The position numbers and the translations under genes are program-made. Positions 10,530 to 16,465 of a DNA stretch of 64,000 bases are shown one piece after another (the first letter of the stretch is position 1; each line of letters starts with the position of its first letter). The DNA comes from a virus (taxonomy: Duplodnaviria; Caudoviricetes): positions 144,023 to 208,022 of IMG/VR virus record IMGVR_UViG_3300020048_003360. One strand, given 5' to 3'. Below the pieces are notes generated by a model. It saw nothing but the letters and a program-made list of their open reading frames with translations, did no database searches and had not been told where the DNA came from.

Positions 10530-10989
10530 TAATATCTAACGTAACAAATAACTGTAGCAATAATAAAATCACTAACCAACTGTTACTTCTTAGCAGCGCT
10601 TTAGTATTTGTAACACTAGCTAAACCACTAAGGATGTCATTGGGCATTAGATTACTATTAGCACCTACCGAATACAGGCCAGCACCATTAGCTATGTTAT
10701 CCGCCAATCTACCATATGCGTCCTCATCTTTACCCCATCTACTAAAAAATGTAAAATGTAATGTAAAAATAAAATCACGATATTCTTCATTTATGAAAAC
10801 TAACTCAATAGCTCTCTTAATACCAGCACTAGTAACCAGCATATATGGCTTTTCTTGTAGAATAATACCAGCAATAAATGTAGTGACTACTCCCTTAGAC
10901 TCTGGCAATAAATTTGATAAAACGTGTTTTACAGATTCTTGAAATATAATTGCGACATCTACCATGTCTACTGGTTCAATATTAGTCAT
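10483..10989 (-). CDS. Conserved hypothetical protein
   Basis: 168-aa ORF in the operon downstream of the RNAP subunit. Confidence 0.6.
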   Translation of the reverse strand: MTNIEPVDMVDVAIIFQESVKHVLSNLLPESKGVVTTFIAGIILQEKPYMLVTSAGIKRAIELVFINEEYRDFIFTLHFTFFSRWGKDEDAYGRLADNIANGAGLYSVGANSNLMPNDILSGLASVTNTKALLRSNSWLVILLLLQLFVTLDIIDKRAMSLSTPLNKE

Positions 10990-11011
10990 CTTATTCTCAA
11001 TTTAATATATG

Positions 11012-11701
11012 CTATAAAGTATTTTGTAAATGAGCACTCTGTAATAGTACTTTCAATGTCTGAGTACTCTCTACACCACCAGCTAGATGTTCCACACCAC
11101 TAATACTAAAACCACCAGTATGTGATATGTGTTGATTGGACGCATTAAAAGCCTTTGAGTCACCACCTCTAATTTTCATTAGTTCAGTTAGAGTATCTTC
11201 TAAATTCAATGATGCCAAAATTTGTACTTCAGGATAAGATATTTTACTACCTTTTGATTTTCCTGTAGGTTGACCAGTCATATCGTCTACTGACTTATTA
11301 TCTTCTGGAATAGATATCTTCTTAACTAATAATTGAGCTTGTCTACGTAATGGTAGATCTACAATTAAGTATGGTATTGGTGTTAAGTACGCTGGACTAT
11401 CACTATCAGAATCTTTCATCCAGATACGTTCAAAGAAGTTATGTCCTAATTCTTTAGCTAATTCTAAATTTCTCTCTACAGATAATTTATCTTCACTTAA
11501 ATTAGGTGCTATTAATGCTAATTTAATATCACCATTCTTTAGAGACAACATAAAATCATTAAACTGTTTGTCAGACATACTGGCAAATAAAGTTTTATAT
11601 ATTTCTTGATTAGCTGTAGTTTTATTTTCTGAATTTGGTAATAATGCACCTATATACTTCAATATATAGGCTTCAGTTATTTTTCTCTTATCGTTAGCCA
11701 T
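11012..11701 (-). CDS. Virion RNA polymerase beta subunit, C-terminal fragment (phiKZ gp149-like)
   Basis: GQPTGKSKGSKISYPEVQILASLNLEDTLTELMKIRGGD aligns with the RpoB C-terminal GQR.GEMEVWALEAYGA..TL.E..T.KSDD segment. Split beta subunits are established for phiKZ-like phages. Confidence 0.75.
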   Translation of the reverse strand: MANDKRKITEAYILKYIGALLPNSENKTTANQEIYKTLFASMSDKQFNDFMLSLKNGDIKLALIAPNLSEDKLSVERNLELAKELGHNFFERIWMKDSDSDSPAYLTPIPYLIVDLPLRRQAQLLVKKISIPEDNKSVDDMTGQPTGKSKGSKISYPEVQILASLNLEDTLTELMKIRGGDSKAFNASNQHISHTGGFSISGVEHLAGGVESTQTLKVLLQSAHLQNTL

Positions 11702-11754
11702 ATCTATTCCTTTTTAAATATACCTATACTGAGCTGACCCACCCTCATCCATTA

Positions 11755-11994
11755 TTACTCTGGATTCACTTTAGTAAAAATACGTCCTTTTTTACCTTCA
11801 TTAGAAGTTATTAATTTCCACTGTCTCATTTTTGCAGTTTGTGTATTAACTTTAGTAATAGATATTTTCCATACTTCAGCTGCTTGAGTAGGTGTAAATT
11901 GATCAGGAAGTAAAGACAGACGATATTGTCGTATAGCATCAGCATCTTTAAATGACTTAAGGTTACATTTAGCATAATGGGCCTTTATTGTCAT
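11755..11994 (-). CDS. Small basic protein, possible winged helix-turn-helix
   Basis: FTPTQAAEVWKISITKVNTQTAKMRQWKLI pattern, 79 aa. Confidence 0.4.
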   Translation of the reverse strand: MTIKAHYAKCNLKSFKDADAIRQYRLSLLPDQFTPTQAAEVWKISITKVNTQTAKMRQWKLITSNEGKKGRIFTKVNPE

Positions 11995-12003
11995 AATTTT
12001 ATC

Positions 12004-12184
12004 CTACTGCAAGATAGTAACTTGATTCATCGCATACGCATTATCTACATCTCTATCATCAACCTTTTCTATTACTATTAAATTAGGTGTATTTGTACCC
12101 AATATATTAGTGAGCATTGCTGGTAATAGTTTTTTCAAATGACAGTAATAATGATTACCATCCTGTAGTTTAATAATACGCATA
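12004..12184 (-). CDS. Small hypothetical protein (about 59 aa, MRIIKLQDGNHYYCHL...)
   Basis: Read manually; AAGGA RBS upstream; not in the supplied track. End coordinate approximate. Confidence 0.45.
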
Positions 12185-12210
12185 ATTTATTCCTTACTTA
12201 TTAAATAAAT

Positions 12211-12261
12211 AAAAAAAAAATAAATTACCCTATCAGTCATATTATTTTGACTGATAGGGTA
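12211..12261 (-). terminator. Terminator of the tRNA operon
   Basis: taccctatcagtca / tgactgatagggta 14-bp stem next to a poly-A run (poly-U on minus strand). Confidence 0.8.
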
Positions 12262-12270
12262 GTTAAGTAA

Positions 12271-12355
12271 TGGGTGGGGTGTGATACGTTAGATTTTAAT
12301 CATACCATAGCGACCGCATCAAAAGTTTCCAAAGCTTTATTGGAAGAACACCCCA
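12271..12355 (-). ncRNA. CCA-ended tRNA-like element with 8-bp terminal stem, non-canonical
   Basis: Minus strand: TGGGGTGT...ACACCCCA-C-CCA with internal TTCCAA/TTGGAA hairpin; no TTCRA T-loop. Confidence 0.3.
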
Positions 12356-12589
12356 TTGATAATTTACATCCCATAGAACACTACACAAAATATATTGCAT
12401 AATGCTCTACAGGTTGCACACTAGTAGTTATGGGAGTACTAACGCCATAAAACTAATGACAGCTTGCAGTTATATTAAGAATCACTTAATATAACTACCG
12501 TACGGTTATGAAGAGTGATTAGTTCTTCTACATTCACCGTAAGTTAATCCTCACATTATCCCATAAAGTACGTATGGAATGTTTGGAAT

Positions 12590-12624
12590 TGGTGGGCCCG
12601 CCCGGACTCGAACCGGGGACCAAA
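12590..12624 (-). pseudogene. Orphan tRNA 3' half (Ile-like acceptor)
   Basis: TTGGTC-CCCGG-TTCGAGT-CCGGG-CGGGCCC-A-CCA; no matching GGGCC(C/T)G 5' half found in the cluster. Confidence 0.8.
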
Positions 12625-12628
12625 TTAT

Positions 12629-12796
12629 TTAAATTTCTACGTCAGCTCTTACAAGTGGTCTATTCATAAATTGTTCTGCAACTAATCTATGTTCATAAAC
12701 ATAACCTTCCATTGCTCCAGATCTTACAGCTTCTGGATGTTCAGGATTATAAACCATTCTATATTCATTAACAATACGTAATTCTTTTTTAGCCAT
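12629..12796 (-). pseudogene. Truncated HNH homing endonuclease (N-terminal fragment)
   Basis: MAKKELR...YNPEHP...GYVYEHRLVAEQFMNRPL then a stop before the HH..N..DN..NL motif. RBS ACAGGA precedes ATG 12796; the track's longer start lies inside a tRNA. Confidence 0.65.
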
Positions 12797-12818
12797 TTTT
12801 ATAATCCTGTTAAGTGTT

Positions 12819-12894
12819 TGGTGGGACCGGAAGGAGTTGAACCTTACATTCTTGGCTTTATGAGAACCCTGCTTCACCGTTAAGCTACAGTCCC
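12819..12894 (-). tRNA. tRNA with CAT anticodon (Ile2 or elongator Met; not initiator)
   Basis: GGGACTG-TA-GCTT-AACGGTG-AAGC-A-GGGTT-CTCATAA-AGCCA-AGAAT-GTAAGG-TTCAACT-CCTTC-CGGTCCC-A-CCA. G1-C72 pair; G27.A43 mismatch; bulged T-stem. Confidence 0.75.
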
Positions 12895-12929
12895 AATTTA
12901 CTACATTTAACTTCTCAAAAATTGTGCTC

Positions 12930-13443
12930 CTTAAGATATTTCTATCTATACTGTCATTCTAAATCAAGAGCATTATTTAGAATCTAGACTATGTTATCAC
13001 CATATATTTGGTAGCTCTTACTCACCACACAGGTGGCTTGCTCAAATACTTAGGTATTCCGTTTCTAGTCTCTACACCTTCCTGTTATTCCTTAACGACT
13101 GTACCACTTCGATCCGTGGCCTTGGTAGGAATACTACGAGTTCAGGCTGGCTCGGCGCTGGCATATTAATAACTACCTTAGAACAGTCTTACTGCCGATG
13201 ATTTTTCTTCGGAAAACCATGAAACCATCATCTGCTTCAGATACTTATTAACTTAGCTTTTGCCGAATTTACGGAAATACTACTAGCGGGTTTCCCTTGA
13301 TACGTTACGCCTTTTCGCGTTCGTCTTACTATACCTGATTCCATTAAGGACTCACAAACATTTCTGCTTGCTCTTCGGCGATTATCCTATCCAGGTTATC
13401 GAAAACTGACTACCATATCATTTTTCGCTAGTGACCTATTACG
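12930..13443 (-). ncRNA. Group I intron-type ribozyme A (no tRNA exons)
   Basis: P2 ACTAGCG/CGCTAGT; P3 TTCCGT/ACGGAA; J3/4 AAA; P4 TTCGGC/GCCGAG; P6 GCCTG/CAGGAAGGT; P7 GACTA/TAGTC; P9 hairpins; ends ...TTAAG. Strongly similar to the tRNA-Leu intron. Boundaries inferred by alignment. Confidence 0.85.
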
Positions 13444-13454
13444 ACACTTTATTC

Positions 13455-13721
13455 TCACACTATATTAAACCTACCATCAAACAATAGGTTTTCATTTTGT
13501 AATCTGATGTCTCCAGAGACGTTCAAATAGTAGGCATCCTTAACCACGGAGCCGTCTTCTAGATAAACATTTATCCTTAAGACATGATTCCCAAGCGTTT
13601 CCTTTATGTCCAGAAACACTCTATCCTTTACAGTAACTCTGGTAGTTACTTTAAGGTCTTCACTTTCTCCAATAGTGAAGTCATTACCAATAAAATACCT
13701 AATCATTTGCACCTCCATCAA
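13455..13721 (-). CDS. Hypothetical 88-aa protein between two group I elements
   Basis: GAGGAG RBS upstream; TGA at 13455-13457. Confidence 0.65.
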   Translation of the reverse strand: MMEVQMIRYFIGNDFTIGESEDLKVTTRVTVKDRVFLDIKETLGNHVLRINVYLEDGSVVKDAYYLNVSGDIRLQNENLLFDGRFNIV

Positions 13722-13747
13722 TTAACTCCTCATTAAAGATTGTGCAC

Positions 13748-14200
13748 CTTAGAATGTTTCCATCCATTTAGTCATTTATGGTCAAGTGTATTACCATAAA
13801 TCTAGACTATTATGCTCCTTCATTAACTGTGGTTCATATTAGAGCTTCTGACAGCCATATGGTATTTTAGGTACATCAGAATTTAAGTACCACAACTACT
13901 AATCTACTAGACAACTAACTTAGGATTCCGTTTTTATAATCACACCTTCCTGTCGTGTCTTTGGAGGTACTTCTATCCTCAGTACTTTATGGGGTCTTAG
14001 TCCCACTACAGGCTTGGCTCAGTATCAACATATTCTTTAAAATAGGCTCTTCATTACATTCGGGCAACCCTGCTAGAACTAACCGAATGAATTCTATTTA
14101 CTCAAACCCGTGGCAGGATTTAACTTCGATTTGAGTACCGTCTCTTAAAGAACTTAGTTTTTACTGATTTTACGGAAACTGATATCTTTGATTAGATCAT
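13748..14200 (-). ncRNA. Divergent group I-like RNA B
   Basis: P3 TTCCGT/ACGGAA; P4 TCAGT/ACTGA (compensatory relative to TCGGC/GCCGA); CCAAGCCTG...CAGGAAGGTG; P7 GATTA/TAGTC; P9 TTTATGGT/ACCATAAA; ends ...CTAAG. J6/7 is 3 nt shorter and no clear P1. 5' boundary approximate. Confidence 0.7.
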
Positions 14201-14234
14201 TGTGTCATTTAGAATGGTAGGTAAAGGAATTAAG

Positions 14235-14489
14235 TTTTTACACTACCTTTTTAACCTATTTTATCCATAGCCACGACTACAGTGCTAATCTAAAGTAACC
14301 AGTGCGGTACTATGCTAGGTGCATAATTGTATAACTCTGCCTAGCGCAAAGCGTGTGTCCTTTACTACTAAAGTTCACGGGAGTAAATGAAGCTATGGAC
14401 TTCATTCAGGGATTTTTCTTCTGATTATGCTCATTGCCGAAGATCCACCCGTCGCACGGTCGTATACCCATGTCCATAGCATGGGTTCC
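14235..14489 (-). ncRNA. Candidate structured RNA of unknown class
   Basis: GC-richer non-coding tract with hairpins ACCCATG/CATGGGT and CCGT/ACGG, plus a GCTATGGA...TCCATAGC...GCTATGGA alternative pairing. Confidence 0.35.
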
Positions 14490-14639
14490 CTACTTGCTGA
14501 AAATCTTTCTACACGAGTAATCTATCACTCGCTTATCGTTTATCATGTAAGACAGTCCCACATAATTACATCCTGATTCGGTTTCTATCTTGGAGTAAAT
14601 AACTTCTCCAGATATAAGGAAAATAATGAGTAGATACAT
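14490..14639 (-). CDS. Small protein with hydrophobic N-terminus (49 aa, MYLLIIFLISGEVIYSK...)
   Basis: Read manually; AAGGAG RBS; TAG at 14490-14492. Confidence 0.6.
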   Translation of the reverse strand: MYLLIIFLISGEVIYSKIETESGCNYVGLSYMINDKRVIDYSCRKIFSK

Positions 14640-14656
14640 TTATCTCCTTACTTAAA

Positions 14657-14706
14657 TGGCCTCCCGTAGTGGACTCGAACCACTGACCCCAATCTTAGAA
14701 GGATTG
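14657..14706 (-). pseudogene. tRNA-Arg(TCT) fragment lacking its own 5' acceptor strand and D-arm
   Basis: CAATC-CTTCTAA-GATTG-GGGTC-AGTGG-TTCGAGT-CCACT-ACGGGAG-G-CCA, beginning 6 nt after the CCA of the preceding element. Confidence 0.75.
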
Positions 14707-14712
14707 TTTAAT

Positions 14713-14794
14713 TGGCGGGACAGGTGCGACTCGAACGCACATACTCCAATTACGCGGTTAACGACGGCTTAGAAGGCCGTTGCGATACTGCCCC
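14713..14794 (-). tRNA. Atypical tRNA-Arg(TCT)-like RNA with no D-arm and a 23-nt variable region
   Basis: GGGGCAG-TATCGCA-ACGGC-CTTCTAA-GCCGT-CGTTAACCGCGTAATTGGAGTAT-GTGCG-TTCGAGT-CGCAC-CTGTCCC-G-CCA. Acceptor, anticodon and T stems all pair. Confidence 0.7.
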
Positions 14795-14804
14795 AATTAT
14801 ACTC

Positions 14805-15056
14805 TTACCTAGCAGACGCCATACCCATGGTGGCTCTATGGATAGGTACTACATTGTCGCCGCTCTTCCTCGCCAACTCTCCATAGCAATCAGCTCTGAG
14901 CAACTCTTTCAGTCGCTCAATTGTGTCCTTATCGGAAGTTACGACCAAGTGCAAAGAAGCTGTATCATCGATGTTAGAGTCAATTACAGCTAACTGCACT
15001 GTTTCTTGCTTCGTTGAGTGTGTGGGCGCAAACATCCGTGTAAACCAGTTAAACAT
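14805..15056 (-). CDS. Hypothetical protein
   Basis: 83-aa ORF, AGGA RBS, interspersed among tRNAs. Confidence 0.6.
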   Translation of the reverse strand: MFNWFTRMFAPTHSTKQETVQLAVIDSNIDDTASLHLVVTSDKDTIERLKELLRADCYGELARKSGDNVVPIHRATMGMASAR

Positions 15057-15092
15057 TTTATTCGTCCTATTATTTAGTTGATCGATGTCTTA

Positions 15093-15359
15093 CTACTGAG
15101 TACTCTCTACAGATTCACTACTAACTTCCTTTGCTGAGATCATCCATTCAAGAAAGCTATGATACACACTCATTGCTTCATTTTCATCAACCGGCACTCT
15201 AATTCCTCTCACATAGAAGCCATCTTCAGCAATTCTAAGGACAGGTTCACCAGTTTTAGCATGGTGAAAGATTACAGAATTAGGATATAACTCTGCAGCA
15301 GTCATAGCCACTTCTGAATGAACTTCGTTAATTGCCACTGCATCCACATTTTCTTCCAT
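15093..15359 (-). CDS. Hypothetical protein (start MEENVDAV...)
   Basis: The track's longer ORF begins inside tRNA-Thr; AAGGA RBS precedes ATG 15359. Confidence 0.6.
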   Translation of the reverse strand: MEENVDAVAINEVHSEVAMTAAELYPNSVIFHHAKTGEPVLRIAEDGFYVRGIRVPVDENEAMSVYHSFLEWMISAKEVSSESVESTQ

Positions 15360-15379
15360 GATCATTCCTTTAAATAAGA

Positions 15380-15454
15380 TGGTGCCCAAGGTGGAAGTCG
15401 AACACCAGATCCCCGCATTACAAGTGCGGTGCATTACCATTCTGCTACAAGGGC
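15380..15454 (-). tRNA. tRNA-Thr(TGT), degenerate, possibly pseudo
   Basis: Perfect anticodon arm CCGCA-CTTGTAA-TGCGG and terminal CCA; two T.T mismatches in the acceptor stem and an irregular T-stem. Confidence 0.65.
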
Positions 15455-15467
15455 TATTTATTAAATA

Positions 15468-15770
15468 TTAATTTGATTGACCAATTGCCATATCGACAAT
15501 ATCTTTCAATGTAATATTATCTTTATACATTCCGTATTCATACTCCTCTAATGGAAAATGAATTAAACTAAACGCCTTACTTAGCTTTTCAGGATCTGAA
15601 ATAACAACAGTTTCTTCTAGCTTAACTTGAGTTTCAATATTAACAGATTCCAAATGAATCTTATTAGTACCAATTATTTCAACATTTGTTTCAAAAATCT
15701 TTTTCATTTCATTTCCTAAATAACCTTTATTCCATAAGGATTTAAAAAGCTCTTGTAATTCCAAGATCAT
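15468..15770 (-). CDS. Hypothetical protein
   Basis: 100-aa ORF; AAGGAG RBS directly after a tRNA 5' half. Confidence 0.6.
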   Translation of the reverse strand: MILELQELFKSLWNKGYLGNEMKKIFETNVEIIGTNKIHLESVNIETQVKLEETVVISDPEKLSKAFSLIHFPLEEYEYGMYKDNITLKDIVDMAIGQSN

Positions 15771-15787
15771 TTTGTTCTCCTTATGGA

Positions 15788-15820
15788 AATCCGGCGCTCT
15801 ACCAACTGAGCTATTGAGGA
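15788..15820 (-). pseudogene. Orphan tRNA 5' half (Asn-type), ending at U33
   Basis: TCCTCAA-TA-GCTC-AGTTGGTA-GAGC-G-CCGGA-TT. A TCCTC start is typical of tRNA-Asn; no 3' half in the window. Confidence 0.75.
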
Positions 15821-15830
15821 TTATTGTAAC

Positions 15831-16359
15831 TGGTGGGGGTAATCGGAGTCGAACCGATATACCTTGCGGTGAGGGATTTTACTTACCACTTCGGTTTTCA
15901 CCGCCAGTCTTAGCCCTTGCGGGTTATCTTCTGTTCGTGGTCTGGACTATGCTATCGCCATATTACGATTTATCACCTTGACTTGACTTTACAAGTGATA
16001 GTTTATAGTCAACCGTAACGTAGGCATTCCGTCTCTAGTCTCTACACCTTCCTAATCATTAAAGCGGAGTTCTCGCTGTCTTTCGACGGATATTTCCAAC
16101 ATTAACAGTTTAGGCTTGGCTCGGCGTTGGCATACACTCATTCGTATCTTTTCAGGAACCTATCGTTTCGGTATTACCAACCTGCAAAGAATTTTAACTA
16201 TTGAGTGTGAAGCGTTCGCCGAATTTACGGAAATACTACTAGCGTCTTTCGATTGAGTCATTACGCCAAGACAGGAAAAGCCCGCCGAGACTACCAACTC
16301 ATTTTTCGCTAGTGACCCATTAAAGAGTCCCTTGTGTCTACCAATTTCACCATACCCCC
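15831..16359 (-). tRNA. trnL: tRNA-Leu(TAA) interrupted by a group I intron (exons 16359-16326 and 15881-15831)
   Basis: Joined exons give GGGGGTA...AGGGA-CT^TAA-AA-TCCCT-CACCGCAAGGTAT-ATCGG-TTCGACT-CCGAT-TACCCCC-A-CCA, with perfect stems and a long variable arm. Confidence 0.9.
15882..16325 (-). ncRNA. Group I intron (444 nt, no ORF) in tRNA-Leu
   Basis: P1 GACU|C...GGGUC with U.G at the splice site; P2, P3 TTCCGT/ACGGAA, P4 TTCGGC/GCCGAG, P7 GAGACTA/TAGTCC; terminal G at 15882. Confidence 0.9.
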
Positions 16360-16383
16360 TCAAATTGAAAAGTTCTAGTTACA

Positions 16384-16404
16384 ACTACATATAGGTAATA
16401 TATG
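16384..16404 (-). promoter_or_regulatory. phiKZ-type early promoter upstream of the tRNA operon
   Basis: actacatataggtaatatat, identical to the copy at about 54266-54285; reads ATATATTAC on the minus strand, about 35 nt upstream of tRNA-Leu. Confidence 0.65.
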
Positions 16405-16465
16405 TTTATAAAAAGTTTCAATCGTTGTATTTCCACACAGTATCTATATATCAAATAAAAAAACT

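Noticed and set aside
12629-12877. 82-aa ORF start given in the track
   Set aside because: The first 27 codons overlap the CAT tRNA; the RBS supports ATG 12796.
13739-14200. CACAAT direct repeat flanking element B as a target-site duplication
   Set aside because: Only 6 bp in AT-rich DNA and absent at the 5' side of element A; too weak to support.
12271-14489. tmRNA or RNase P RNA identity for the structured tracts
   Set aside because: No tmRNA T-arm/acceptor with a plausible tag frame and no RNase P GAGGAAAGUCC-type motif seen.
15781-15820. Reading the 5' half as tRNA-Gly(TCC) because TCC follows U33
   Set aside because: The following bases (AAGGA) cannot pair with CCGGA, and no T-arm or 3' acceptor follows.
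12271-16359. Theta/HDV-like ribozymes at tRNA 3' ends
   Set aside because: No G-initiated P1 or 7-nt L3 after any CCA; the one TCCCGT candidate near 14380 gives only a 4-nt loop.
14712-16363. ORFs 14712-14993(+), 15772-15981(+), 16160-16363(-) as proteins or an intron-encoded endonuclease
   Set aside because: They overlap tRNA or ribozyme sequence, lack RBSs and show no HNH, GIY-YIG or LAGLIDADG motifs.
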